In this document: in pieces, positions 1 to 9,486 of the stretch
How positions within the stretch are numbered: position 1 is the stretch's first letter
Layout: each line of letters begins with the position of its first letter
Source of the DNA: Gammaproteobacteria bacterium
GTDB taxonomy: Bacteria; Pseudomonadota; Gammaproteobacteria; Steroidobacterales; Foliamicaceae
Length of the DNA: 62,790 nucleotides
Reading direction: 5' to 3'
Assembly: GCA_007571315.1 (NCBI GenBank)
Contig: RKRP01000054.1
Span: 1-62,790, forward strand
The notes under the pieces: model-generated
The model's database searches: none
What the model was told of the DNA's origin: nothing
The model's input: only the letters and a program-made list of their open reading frames with translations
Made by a program: the position numbers and the translations under genes

Positions 1-111
1 AGCCGCATCAACATCCGAAATCACGTCTTGCACTTCCTGCCAAAGAGCGGGTTTGTGGACCAGCAAGTATTCTTCTCCATTCAGGTGAGAGTGTTTCGCG
101 CCAATCTGCAT
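1..111 (-). CDS. Type II restriction endonuclease, BglII/BstYI-like; only the N-terminal 37 codons, gene runs off the left window edge
   Basis: Minus-strand ATG at 111-109, 8 nt after the methyltransferase stop, and open to position 1. The translation MQIGAKHSHLNGEEYLLVHKPALWQEVQDVISDVDAA matches my recollection of the BstYI/BglII-family N-terminus (SHLNG.EY..VH.P..W.E.Q..I). It is absent from the ORF track because the window truncates it. Confidence 0.5.
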   Translation of the reverse strand, partial: MQIGAKHSHLNGEEYLLVHKPALWQEVQDVISDVDAA

Positions 112-119
112 GAGCAGCC

Positions 120-1031
120 CTAATGACCGCCCCTGGGCAAACCGGGGTCATAGATTGGCTTGCCCATCGGGCGAGTGCGAAGCGTCCCGGATTCCAGCGC
201 GTTGAGCCGAGCTTGCGCAATTTCTACGTACTCCTGGACAATTTCGCAACCGTAGCCAAGGCGCTTGTGCATGGTTGCCGCGATCACTGTCGAACCCACG
301 CCCATGTATGGATCAAACACACAGTCTCCTTCATCCGTCAGCGACAAAACCAGGCGCTCAACCAGCTCTACGGGAAACTGGCATGGATGAATCGTCTTCT
401 CAGGATGGTTGCTCTTTACGTTCGGGAACTCCCAAACGTCGCTTGGGTTCTTACCCTTCGGATTGCCTGACAGCTTCCCGATATTGGGCCCCTTGAAATG
501 TCTTTTGTTGGGGTATTTCGAAGGCACCCTTATCGGATCAAGATGCCAAGTGTAATCTTCGCATTTTGTCCACCAGTTTATTGTCTCGTAACGACCTGAA
601 AGTCTTTTTGTGCAATGGAGGCCGTGGCCAAAATGCCAGATGATGCGATTGCGCAACTTGAGTCCCTGTGCGCGAAATAGCGGATACAGCAGAGTATCGA
701 TAGGCACAATCTCGCTGTTTTCAACATAGTTCCCCACTTGCCAGCAGATAGAGCCGCGGGGGTGCAATAATCGCACGCATTCTTCGATTACTCGCTCCTG
801 CGTCGCGAGATACTCATCAAGGCCCGATCTTTCTTCGTAAGGCTTGCCGAGATTGTAAGGCGGCGACGTAACAATCAACTTGAACATGGCGTCGGGCAAA
901 CTCCCCATGAAAGGGATGTTGTCAGCGCAGGCGATAACGCCTCGCTCGCTCTTGCAGCACGGCAGTGACATTTGAGCCAAGTCACTACCGCCGCCCCGGA
1001 GAGCGCCGTTACTTCTAATCTTGCCGCGCAT
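120..1031 (-). CDS. DNA methyltransferase, beta-class, SPPY type (probably N4-cytosine)
   Basis: 303-aa ORF. Motif IV TSPPYNLGK precedes motif I FDPYMGVGSTVIAA, which is the beta-class order. SPPY is typical of m4C enzymes such as M.BglII. Hand count is 25/60 GC at 541-600. Confidence 0.85.
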   Translation of the reverse strand: MRGKIRSNGALRGGGSDLAQMSLPCCKSERGVIACADNIPFMGSLPDAMFKLIVTSPPYNLGKPYEERSGLDEYLATQERVIEECVRLLHPRGSICWQVGNYVENSEIVPIDTLLYPLFRAQGLKLRNRIIWHFGHGLHCTKRLSGRYETINWWTKCEDYTWHLDPIRVPSKYPNKRHFKGPNIGKLSGNPKGKNPSDVWEFPNVKSNHPEKTIHPCQFPVELVERLVLSLTDEGDCVFDPYMGVGSTVIAATMHKRLGYGCEIVQEYVEIAQARLNALESGTLRTRPMGKPIYDPGLPRGGH

Positions 1032-1216
1032 TCAGTTGCCTCTGCCTTTCGGGATATGGTGCTGTTATTCTTCCAAGCTGCTATCGTTCAAAATTATCAC
1101 ATGCGTCCCGGCAAGCGCAGTTTCCCTTATGCCGCCAAAACGCGGGGCGGGTGCGGCGGCGGCATCCGCGATGGGCTATTCCTGGCGTTTGGAAGCGGTA
1201 TCGGCTGAAGGGCGCG

Positions 1217-2425
1217 ATGTTTGTTCTTGATGTGCTGCGGCAGGCGGTGGAGTCGATCGGCGCCAGCCTGTTCCGCGCCCTTTTGACCATGCTGGGCATG
1301 ATTATCGGAGTGGCGGCGGTAGTCACCATGGTGTCGCTGGGAACCGGCGCCCAGCGCGCGGTGGAAGAGCAGATGGAAGCGCTGGGGGCGGACATTCTGG
1401 CCGTAACCAATTCCCAGCGCCGGTTCTGGGGCGTTGCGCTGGAAAACAGCAGCCTCGGATCGGACGATGCCCAGGCGCTGAGAAAGGATGCCCGCCACCT
1501 TAGCCTCGTGGTTCCCAAAATTACCCAGCGCATGCAGTTGGAATTCGGCAATCGGAATACCCGAGTGGAGATGGTGGGCAGCACCTCCGATTATCCCCGC
1601 CTGCACCGCTACGAACTGGCGCTGGGGCGCATGTTCGTTCCTGCCGAAGAAGAGGCCCGCCTGCGCGTGGTGGTGCTCGGCAGCGAAGTGCCCGACAGTC
1701 TGGAGACCAGCGCGCAAGAGCTTCTCGGCAAGAATGTTCAACTGGCGGGCACTCCGTTCGAGGTGGTCGGCGTGCTGAAGGAAACCGGCTCGGCGGGAAT
1801 GCAGAATCCCAACGACGATGTCCTGATTCCGGTAACCACCGCCCAGTATCGCGTGACCGGCAGCGACCGGCTGGAAGGCATGGACGTTCAGATCAGAGAG
1901 GGTTCGGCGGTGGAGCAGGCGCTGGTGGACATCGAACGAATTCTGCGCCGCGAACATCGCATCCGGCCGGGCGAGGACAACGACTTCGGGATTCTGGACC
2001 GCAGGCAGTTCCTGGAGGTCCGCGAGGAGACCGCCCGCATCTTCGCCCTGCTGCTGCCAGCCATCGCCGGCGTCAGCCTGGTGGTGGGAGGAATCGGCAT
2101 CATGAACATCATGCTGGTGACCGTTGCCGAACGCACCCGGGAGATCGGCGTGCGCCGGGCTATCGGCGCCACAAGAGGAGCGATCATGGGACAGATTCTG
2201 GTGGAATCCTCCCTGCTTTGCCTGCTCGGCGGGCTGCTGGGCGTGGCCGCCGGCTGGGGCGCCTCGGCGCTCTTGGCGCAATTCTTCAACTGGCAGACTG
2301 TGGTGGCGGCGGAAGCCGTGCTGTTCGGCCTGGGCTGCAGCCTGGTCATTGGCATCGTATTCGGCTTGTGGCCTGCGCGCCGCGCCGCCGCTCTTGATCC
2401 CGTCGAAGCGCTCCGCCACGAATAG
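1217..2425 (+). CDS. ABC transporter permease, MacB/FtsX family
   Basis: The N-terminal TM helix (LFRALLTMLGMIIGVAAVV) is followed by a MacB-like periplasmic domain and a C-terminal FtsX four-helix region (AERTREIGVRRAIGA). ATG 1217 was chosen inside ORF 1151..2425. No ATPase gene is adjacent. Confidence 0.85.
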   Translation: MFVLDVLRQAVESIGASLFRALLTMLGMIIGVAAVVTMVSLGTGAQRAVEEQMEALGADILAVTNSQRRFWGVALENSSLGSDDAQALRKDARHLSLVVPKITQRMQLEFGNRNTRVEMVGSTSDYPRLHRYELALGRMFVPAEEEARLRVVVLGSEVPDSLETSAQELLGKNVQLAGTPFEVVGVLKETGSAGMQNPNDDVLIPVTTAQYRVTGSDRLEGMDVQIREGSAVEQALVDIERILRREHRIRPGEDNDFGILDRRQFLEVREETARIFALLLPAIAGVSLVVGGIGIMNIMLVTVAERTREIGVRRAIGATRGAIMGQILVESSLLCLLGGLLGVAAGWGASALLAQFFNWQTVVAAEAVLFGLGCSLVIGIVFGLWPARRAAALDPVEALRHE

Positions 2426-2496
2426 CCTTCCGTATTCTCATCGCGTTGGGTTGGTTCCGCCGAGCCCTTCGGAGTTGCGCAGATGGGTTCCGGCTG

Positions 2497-3723
2497 TCAG
2501 GCGCGGCCGGGCATTTTCGCGCCAGGCGCCGGGAACCGCTTCAGCAGCAGCACCACGATCAGCCCCAGGCTGGCCGCCACTATTCCCCAGCGCACCGTGG
2601 CGCTGGTCAGCCCGATCGAATCGGCCCATCCGCCCAGGGCGGTGCTCCCCAGCGCCACGCCGCCAAAGGCCACAGTGCTCCACAGGCTCATGACACGGCC
2701 GCGGTAGTTTTCGTCCACCACCGTCTGCGTAAGCGTTTGCGAGCCCACGCCGCAGATCGTCAGCACCAAGCCCAACACCGGCAGTTGCAGCATGGCAATC
2801 CAGAATTCGCTGGTAAATCCGAAGGAAATGATGAGCAAGCCTGTTAGCGCGGTGCAAATCGCCGCCGAGCGCCGCAGGAGTTCCAGATTCCTGATTCGCG
2901 CCACCCAGAACCCGCCGGCAACCGCGCCCGCGCCAAACGCGGCAATCAGCTGCGACATGCCGTCGCTGCCGCGCCCGAACACCTCGTCCGCATACGGCGC
3001 CATCAGCTCGAACAGGGCCCGCCCGAAAGTGGCGCCAATCAGCACCAGGAAAAGGTAGAAAAGGATGGCGGGATGCCGCAAGGTATAGCTCAGGCCATTG
3101 CGCAGCATGCGCGCCAAGCCGATTTCGCGCTCCAGGTCGCGCGCCACCGGCTGCAGCGTCAACCCCCACAGCACCCAGGCCATCCCGAAGAAGGTGGCCG
3201 AACTGATGCCGAACGCGGCCGCCGTTCCAAACAGCTTGATGATGTAGCCGCCCAGCACGGGCCCTATCACCCGGGCGACATTGAACGTGACCGCGCCTAG
3301 CCCCACGGCGCTGGCCAGTTGCATGGACGGAACAAGGTTCGCCAGTATCGCCAGCCGCATGGGCGTGTAGCCGCCGCTGCAAATTCCAAAGCACAGGGCA
3401 AGCGTGAACAGCACGGGCGGCGTAATCCAGCCCAGGGCCGACAGCAGGAACAGGCCGGCAGTATTTGCGATGTTGAGCAGGTTGAAAATCTGGGCGGACT
3501 TGCGCCGGTCCCAGCGGTCCGCGAAGGCGCCAAAGACGGGGCCCAGCACAGCCACCGGAAAATAAGTAGCGAAAGCAACGGCCGCCACGTAGAATTCCGA
3601 CTCCGTTAATAGCCATGCCTGCCATGACAGCGCCAGACGCAAAATCCACAGGCCGTGCGTGGTGACCGTGCTGCCGATCAAAAAGCGGCGATAGGCAGGC
3701 GTGGATAATGCTGAAGTGGACAT
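2497..3723 (-). CDS. MFS transporter
   Basis: About 400 aa with 12 predicted hydrophobic segments and an MFS loop motif (GAFADRWDRRK). ATG 3723 (MSTSALSTPAYRRF) was chosen within ORF 2497..3750. Confidence 0.8.
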   Translation of the reverse strand: MSTSALSTPAYRRFLIGSTVTTHGLWILRLALSWQAWLLTESEFYVAAVAFATYFPVAVLGPVFGAFADRWDRRKSAQIFNLLNIANTAGLFLLSALGWITPPVLFTLALCFGICSGGYTPMRLAILANLVPSMQLASAVGLGAVTFNVARVIGPVLGGYIIKLFGTAAAFGISSATFFGMAWVLWGLTLQPVARDLEREIGLARMLRNGLSYTLRHPAILFYLFLVLIGATFGRALFELMAPYADEVFGRGSDGMSQLIAAFGAGAVAGGFWVARIRNLELLRRSAAICTALTGLLIISFGFTSEFWIAMLQLPVLGLVLTICGVGSQTLTQTVVDENYRGRVMSLWSTVAFGGVALGSTALGGWADSIGLTSATVRWGIVAASLGLIVVLLLKRFPAPGAKMPGRA

Positions 3724-3850
3724 GGCGGGAAACTGCCGGTTTGGCGGCAACCGCGCCCCGGGTGGGGCTGCGCAAGGGAAGCGGCCGGTTCAGATTGGCG
3801 AGCGAGTGAGTATGATGCGCGCTGCCTGAAATGTCCACGCCCCGAATGCC

Positions 3851-4714
3851 ATGAGTCAACCTCCCGGAATTTCGCTGGAATACTTTCCGCCGCGCTCGGA
3901 AGAGATGGCGCTGCGCCTTACCGAAACGCTCGCGGAGCTGGTTCGGTACCGCCCCCTGTTTTGCACCGTGTCCTACGGCGCCGGAGGCTCAACCCGCGAG
4001 GGCACCGCGAGCTGGGTGCGGCGGATTCGCGGCGAATACGGGGTGGATTGCGCGCCGCACCTCACGCACGTTACGCACACGCGCCAGGAAGTTCGGGAGA
4101 TTGCGGGTGAATATCTGTCAGAAGGCGTGCGCCGCATGATTGCTCTTCGCGGCGACATCCCCAAAGATGGCGTGCCCGCGGCGGCGCGCAAGCACGGCTA
4201 CGCATCGACTCTGGAGCTGATCGCTGATCTCAGGGCGCTCGGCATTCGGGAAGTGATGGTGGGCGCGCACCCGGAGCATTCCGGCGGCGGCAAGGCGGCA
4301 TTGCGCCAGCACGTGGAGTTCGTCAAGCGCAAGCTTGACGCCGGCGCCAGCCTGGCCATCACGCAGTTCTTTTTGGATAACAGCAGGTTTTACCGGCTGC
4401 GCGATGCCTTCGCATCCGCCGGCATCGACCACTGCCTGGCGCCGGGCATCATGCCCTTGTACAGCGTGCGGGGCGTTTTCTCGTTCGCCAGCAAAACTCA
4501 TGTGGAGGCGCCCAAGGCGCTTAAGGATCGTTTCGATCAGCTGGCCGGCGACGCTGAGGCTACCAGCCGGCTGGCGCGGCGGTTCTCCGTGGACCAGGTG
4601 CGGGATCTGGCGGAACAGGGCGTGGAGCGTTTTCATATCTACACGATGAACCGCGCTCCGCTTACTGCGGCGATTTGCGAGGCCCTGGGGCTGAGCCCCG
4701 CGCCGCCGCCATGA
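3851..4714 (+). CDS. metF: 5,10-methylenetetrahydrofolate reductase
   Basis: 287 aa with the MetF hallmarks [19 protein letters not shown] and IALRGD. The stop overlaps the metH start (ATGA at 4711-4714). Confidence 0.9.
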   Translation: MSQPPGISLEYFPPRSEEMALRLTETLAELVRYRPLFCTVSYGAGGSTREGTASWVRRIRGEYGVDCAPHLTHVTHTRQEVREIAGEYLSEGVRRMIALRGDIPKDGVPAAARKHGYASTLELIADLRALGIREVMVGAHPEHSGGGKAALRQHVEFVKRKLDAGASLAITQFFLDNSRFYRLRDAFASAGIDHCLAPGIMPLYSVRGVFSFASKTHVEAPKALKDRFDQLAGDAEATSRLARRFSVDQVRDLAEQGVERFHIYTMNRAPLTAAICEALGLSPAPPP

Positions 4715-7700
4715 ACGCATCAGCCGCCAGGGCCGCCGCGCTCGGCCGGCTGATCCGCACTCGAATTCTCTTCCTCGACGGCGCGATCGGAACGCTGGCT
4801 CAAACTTCCAATCTTTCGGAGGAGGACTACCGCTCGGCGCGGTTTGCCGCTTGGCCGCAGGCGCTCAAGGGCAACCATGACCTGCTGTGCCTCACGCGGC
4901 CCGAGTTCGTTCGCGGCATTCACGAGGCCTACTTGGCGGCCGGCGCGGATATCGTCACCACCAACAGCTTTACCGCGAACGCGCCCTCGCAGGCCGATTA
5001 CGGCCTTGAGGATTTTGTGGCCGAAATCAACCAGGCGGCCGCCCGCATCGCGCGTGCCGCTGCGGATGCGGCGGAAAGGGGCGACGGACAGCCGCGATTC
5101 GTGGCCGGGAGCCTGGGCCCCACCACGCGCACTGCTTCAATTTCTCCAAAGGTGGAGGACCCGGGTTTTCGCGCTATCGACTTCGATGAACTGGCAGCCA
5201 CTTACGAAACCGCGGCCCGGGCGCTTCTGGAAGGCGGCGCTGACCTGCTGCTGGTGGAAACGGTGTTCGACACGCTCAACGCAAAGGCGGCCGCGTACGC
5301 GGTTGCGCGCCTGGCCGAGGAGCTGAAGAGGCCGGTGCCGCTGATCGTGTCGGCCACGATTACCGATGCCTCGGGGCGCACCTTGTCGGGACAGACGGTT
5401 GAAGCCTTCTACAACTCGATCCGCCACGCGCCGCTTGGCGCCATCGGTTTGAACTGTGCGCTGGGCGCGCGGGAACTGCACCCGCACATGCGGGAACTGG
5501 CGCGGATAGCCGAATTGCCGGCTATCGTCTATCCAAACGCCGGACTGCCCAATGAACTGGGCGAGTACACGGAGTCGCCGGAGGAAATGGCATCTACGCT
5601 CCAGGCCATGGCCCGGGAAGGGCTGCTGAATCTGGCCGGGGGATGCTGCGGCACCACGCCCGAACACATCCGCGCGATGCGCGCGGCGCTGGAGGGGATT
5701 GCGCCCCGCGTGCCTCCGCGCCATCCACGGCTTACGCGGCTGAGCGGTCTTGAGCCGCTGAACATTGAGGACAGCACCGGTTGCGTGCATGTGGGCGAGC
5801 GTGCCAACGTGACCGGGTCGGCCATCTTCCGCCGCCTGATTGAGGCGGACGACTACGCCGGGGGCGTGCAGGTGGCGCGCCAGCAAATCAAGGCGGGCGC
5901 CAACGTGCTGGACGTGAACATGGACGAGGGCCTGCTGGATTCCGAAGCGGCCATGCGGCGTTATGTCAACTTGCTGGCCGCCGAGCCGGACATTTGCCGG
6001 GTGCCCATCATGGTCGATTCGTCGCGCTGGGAGGTGCTGGTGGCCGGCCTCAAATGCCTGCAGGGCAAGGGCGTGGCCAATTCCATCAGCCTCAAGAATG
6101 GCGAGGCCGAGTTCCTGGAGCAGGCCACCGAGATACGGCGGCTGGGCGCCGCGGTGGTTGTGATGGCCTTCGACGAGCAGGGGCAGGCGGAAACCGTGGA
6201 GCAGCGTCTGGCGGTGGCGGAGCGCAGCTACCGCCTGCTGGTGGACCGGGCAGGCTTCCCCCCTGAGGACATCATCCTGGACCTCAACATTTTCGCGGTG
6301 GCTACCGGCATGGAGGAGCATAACGATTACGCCCGCGCCTTTATCGAGGCGGTGCGCCAAGTTCGCCAGCGCCTTCCGGGCGTGCATGCCAGCGGCGGCG
6401 TAAGCAACCTGTCGTTCTCGTTTCGCGGCAACAATGCGGTGCGCGAGGCCATGCATTCGGTCTTCCTTTATCACGCCATCGCCGCAGGCATGGATTTTGC
6501 GATCGTCAATGCGGGCCAACTGGCCGTTTACGAGGACATTCCGGAACGTCTGTGCAAAACGGTTGAGGATGTGATCCTCAACCGCCACTCCGGCGCTGGC
6601 GAGCAGCTGCTGGAGCTGGCGCGGGAATACCACGGGCAGTCCGGGCAGACCCGCGACCAGGGCGACGAATGGCGCGCCCTGCCGCTGGCCGAGCGCTTGC
6701 GCCATGCGCTGGTGCATGGTCTTGACGCCTTTGTGGTGGAGGATGCGGAGGCGGCCCGGCAGGCCAGCGAGCGGGCCCTGGATGTGATCGAAGGCCCGCT
6801 GATGGACGGCATGAATACCGTGGGCGATTTGTTCGCCGCCGGGAAGATGTTCCTGCCGCAGGTGGTCAAATCCGCCCGGGTGATGAAGAAAGCGGTGGCG
6901 CACCTGGTGCCGTTTATCGAAGAAGAAGGCTCCGGAGTATCCAGCCGCGGCCGGCTGGTGATCGCCACGGTCAAGGGCGATGTCCACGACATTGGCAAAA
7001 ACATCGTGGGCGTGGTGCTGCAATGCAACGGCTACGAGGTGATCGACTTGGGCGTGATGGCGCCCTGCGAGAAGATCCTCGACACCGCGGTTAGCGAGAA
7101 TGCCGACTACATCGGCTTGTCGGGCCTGATTACGCCTTCGCTCAATGAAATGGTGCATGTGGCCGGCGAGATGCAGCGGCGCGGCCTGACGCAGCCGCTG
7201 CTGATTGGCGGGGCCACAACCTCGCCCCGGCACACCGCGCTGAAGATCGATCCCGCCTACGGAGGCGGGGTGGTGTATGTGAAGGACGCTTCCCGCGCGG
7301 TGGGAGTGCTGGGAAGTTTGAGTGGGCCAGGGCGGCAGGAATACCTCAGGGAAGTCGCAAGCGACCTGGAGAGGCGGCGCGCGCAGCCCGCCGGAACGCG
7401 CCGCCGCGAAAATCTGCTTGGCCTTGAGGACGCGCGCGCCAATCGTCTTGAAATCGACTGGCGGTCCCAGGCGCCGTCCGAACCGGTCCGTTCCGGCGCG
7501 ATCGAGGAGGCGGCGCCCAGCCTGGGCGAGTTGTATCCCTACATCGACTGGCAGCCGTACTTCGCGGCCTGGGGGCTGCGCGGCAAGTTCCCGCAATTGC
7601 TGGACGATCCGGAGAAAGGACAGGCGGCTCGGGATCTTTGGGACGATCTGCACGAAACCTTCATTGAGCCGATCCGGGCCGGGAAAATCGATTTCAGCGC

Positions 7701-8400
7701 CTCGGGGGTTGCCGGCATCTTTCCGGCGGCTGCGGATGGCGACGACATTCTGCTGTATTCCGGCCCTGAGCGCGGCGAGGCGGCAGGGCGCATACACTGC
7801 CTGCGCGAGCAGCGCCGCATGCCGCCCGGCAGGCCGAACGGTTGTTTTTCGGATTTTGTGGCACCGGCGGGAAGCGCGCCGGACTGGATGGGCTTGTTTG
7901 CGGTAACAGCCGGCGGGAACCTCCAGGACATTCTTGCCGGCATGGCGGGCAACGGGCGCGGCTCCGACGATTACTCCGGGATCCAGTTGCGAGCACTGGC
8001 CGACCGCGTGGCCGAGGCGTTTGCAGAGCAGCTGCATGAGAGGCTGCGCAAGGAATTGTGGGGCTACGCGCCCGATGAATCGCTCAGCAACGAGGAACGG
8101 ATTGCCGAGCGCTACCGCGGCATTCGCCCGGCGCCGGGCTATCCAGGCTGTCCCGACCACAGCGAGAAGGCTCTGATCTGGCGTTTGCTGGAGGTGGAGG
8201 AACGCACCGGGGCGCGGCTTACCGAATCCTTCGCCATGTGGCCTGCCGCTACGGTGGCGGGCTACTACTTCGCCCATGCGCAGGCCCGCTACCTGAACAT
8301 CGGACTGATTGGCGAGGATCAACTGGAAGACTACGCCGCGCGCAAGCAAATCCCCATTCAGGAAGCGCGAATGTGGCTGGCTCCCAACCTCGTGGAATAG
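4711..8400 (+). CDS. metH: cobalamin-dependent methionine synthase
   Basis: About 1229 aa with Hcy-binding, pterin-binding, B12-binding ([11 protein letters not shown]) and AdoMet-activation domains in the canonical order. Confidence 0.95.
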   Translation: MNASAARAAALGRLIRTRILFLDGAIGTLAQTSNLSEEDYRSARFAAWPQALKGNHDLLCLTRPEFVRGIHEAYLAAGADIVTTNSFTANAPSQADYGLEDFVAEINQAAARIARAAADAAERGDGQPRFVAGSLGPTTRTASISPKVEDPGFRAIDFDELAATYETAARALLEGGADLLLVETVFDTLNAKAAAYAVARLAEELKRPVPLIVSATITDASGRTLSGQTVEAFYNSIRHAPLGAIGLNCALGARELHPHMRELARIAELPAIVYPNAGLPNELGEYTESPEEMASTLQAMAREGLLNLAGGCCGTTPEHIRAMRAALEGIAPRVPPRHPRLTRLSGLEPLNIEDSTGCVHVGERANVTGSAIFRRLIEADDYAGGVQVARQQIKAGANVLDVNMDEGLLDSEAAMRRYVNLLAAEPDICRVPIMVDSSRWEVLVAGLKCLQGKGVANSISLKNGEAEFLEQATEIRRLGAAVVVMAFDEQGQAETVEQRLAVAERSYRLLVDRAGFPPEDIILDLNIFAVATGMEEHNDYARAFIEAVRQVRQRLPGVHASGGVSNLSFSFRGNNAVREAMHSVFLYHAIAAGMDFAIVNAGQLAVYEDIPERLCKTVEDVILNRHSGAGEQLLELAREYHGQSGQTRDQGDEWRALPLAERLRHALVHGLDAFVVEDAEAARQASERALDVIEGPLMDGMNTVGDLFAAGKMFLPQVVKSARVMKKAVAHLVPFIEEEGSGVSSRGRLVIATVKGDVHDIGKNIVGVVLQCNGYEVIDLGVMAPCEKILDTAVSENADYIGLSGLITPSLNEMVHVAGEMQRRGLTQPLLIGGATTSPRHTALKIDPAYGGGVVYVKDASRAVGVLGSLSGPGRQEYLREVASDLERRRAQPAGTRRRENLLGLEDARANRLEIDWRSQAPSEPVRSGAIEEAAPSLGELYPYIDWQPYFAAWGLRGKFPQLLDDPEKGQAARDLWDDLHETFIEPIRAGKIDFSASGVAGIFPAAADGDDILLYSGPERGEAAGRIHCLREQRRMPPGRPNGCFSDFVAPAGSAPDWMGLFAVTAGGNLQDILAGMAGNGRGSDDYSGIQLRALADRVAEAFAEQLHERLRKELWGYAPDESLSNEERIAERYRGIRPAPGYPGCPDHSEKALIWRLLEVEERTGARLTESFAMWPAATVAGYYFAHAQARYLNIGLIGEDQLEDYAARKQIPIQEARMWLAPNLVE

Positions 8401-8742
8401 CCCGGCGGCACGCCGGGCGGCCCCGAACGCTGGAAGGCCAACGGTTATCTCAATTGGATGCGGGGCGATGTTTCCCTGACGCTTTCCGCCCACTATTCCA
8501 GCAGTTACGCGGGTTTCAGTTACTCGCCGCAGGAGCGGGTGGATAACTACCTTACCTGGGATCTGACCGGCAGCTATGAATTTGGCGAAAGCGGCTGGAA
8601 GGTTTACGCCGGCGCGCGCAACATCACTAACGCCGAGTTCCCGTTTTTCGACGGGTTTGGCCCCCCTTGGGACCCGCGCCGCGTGGACACGCGAGGGCGC
8701 ATCGTGCATCTGGAGCTTCGCAAATCCTACGATTTGTTCTGA
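8401..8742 (+). pseudogene. TonB-dependent receptor, C-terminal remnant only
   Basis: The frame is open directly after the metH TAG and in the same frame. It ends ...GARNITNAEFPFFDG...RIVHLELRKSYDLF with the terminal aromatic residue typical of TBDR barrels. The plug and most of the barrel (about 700 aa) are absent. Confidence 0.65.
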
Positions 8743-8861
8743 CCTGACGCAGTCCGCCCCGGCGCGCGGGGCACGGCAATGGGCAGCGCTCCAGGGGCCA
8801 TAGGTCCTGTTGTCCGCGCTCCAGCAGGGCCTGCGGCTCCGCGCGGGTCACAGGTTAACCC

Positions 8862-8886
8862 GGGGAATTATATCGAATAGTAACCA
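8862..8886. repeat. left terminal inverted repeat
   Basis: The reverse complement of ggggaattatatcgaatagtaacca equals 11623-11646 except for a one-nt indel. An extra 11-nt inverted copy (tggttactatt, 8902-8912) can pair with it as a hairpin. Confidence 0.7.
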
Positions 8887-8946
8887 AAGTCCTTGCAATG
8901 ATGGTTACTATTGTGTAAAGGCGTATCCGCGTTTGGAGTGATTGAT

Positions 8947-9486
8947 ATGGCGCACAAGGCGCCGGGCAAGCACGAAAGGATCGGCCTTTCTCTCGTTGAA
9001 ATCACGCGGCTGTTTCCGCATAATGAGGCTGCCGAGCAATGGCTTATCGGCATTCGCTGGTCGGAAGGGATCACCTGCCCGCATTGCGGACCTGAAAATG
9101 TGCAGGAGAAATCGAAGCATCCCGCCATGCCGCACCGCTGCCGGTCGTGCCGCAAGTTCTTTTCCGTCCGAACGAGAACCGTCATGCAGGCTTCCAATCT
9201 GGATTACCAAGTCTGGGCCACAGGCATCTACTTGTTTTGCACTTCGCTTAAATCGGTGTCCAGCATGAAGCTGCGCCGCGACCTTGACATTACGCAAAAG
9301 TCCGCTTGGCACTTGGCGCACCGTCTTCACAAGGCTTTCGCCCATGAGCACAAGCACTTGAAGCGGTATGTGAGCGAGTTCGCCGCCCGCTACAACATCC
9401 GCGAGTTGGACACGCTGACGCAGCTGGCTTTCGTCGTCCGCAGCATGATCGGCAAAAGGCTGAAGTGCCGGGGCCTGATCGCTTGA
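8947..9486 (+). pseudogene. IS1595-family (ISXO2-like) transposase with in-frame loss of the DDE catalytic core
   Basis: The N-terminus MAHKAPGK...CPHCG...CRSCRKFFSVRTRTVM (Zn-ribbon) and the HTH part run up to HRLHKAF. They join directly to the C-terminal tail HLKRYVSEFAARYNIRELDT...GKRLKCRGLI. Full-length relatives as I remember them are about 320 aa, with about 170 aa between these two blocks. Confidence 0.6.

Noticed and set aside
8-220. 70-aa minus-strand ORF at the left edge
   Set aside because: It overlaps the methyltransferase 3' end and the better-supported BglII/BstYI-like start in a different frame. It contains no motif.
1127-2419. 430-aa minus-strand ORF opposite the FtsX permease. 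Similar long shadow ORFs are 16147..18144 (+), 22381..23436 (-), 26863..28269 (-), 33116..34624 (-), 38365..40362 (+), 40614..41699 (+), 44395..45874 (-), 49676..50884 (-), 51000..53195 (-), 53905..54882 (-), 59419..61080 (+) and 60818..61840 (-).
   Set aside because: Each lies antisense to, or out of frame with, a gene that has clear family motifs. All have the R/A/G/P/H-rich composition of high-GC shadow frames.
3724-3850. SAH, SAM-II or cobalamin riboswitch upstream of metF-metH
   Set aside because: I looked for the conserved cores I remember (SAH: GAGGAGCGCUGC...CAGGCUC; B12 box GCCACUG). Only a weak partial resemblance (GAUGCGCGCUGCC) is present. A cmscan would settle it.
5137-8709. 1190-aa minus-strand ORF spanning almost all of metH
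   Set aside because: It is antisense to an unmistakable metH. Its composition is Arg/Ala/Gly/Pro-rich and low in complexity, as expected from stop-poor frames in about 65-70% GC DNA. It contains no recognisable motif.
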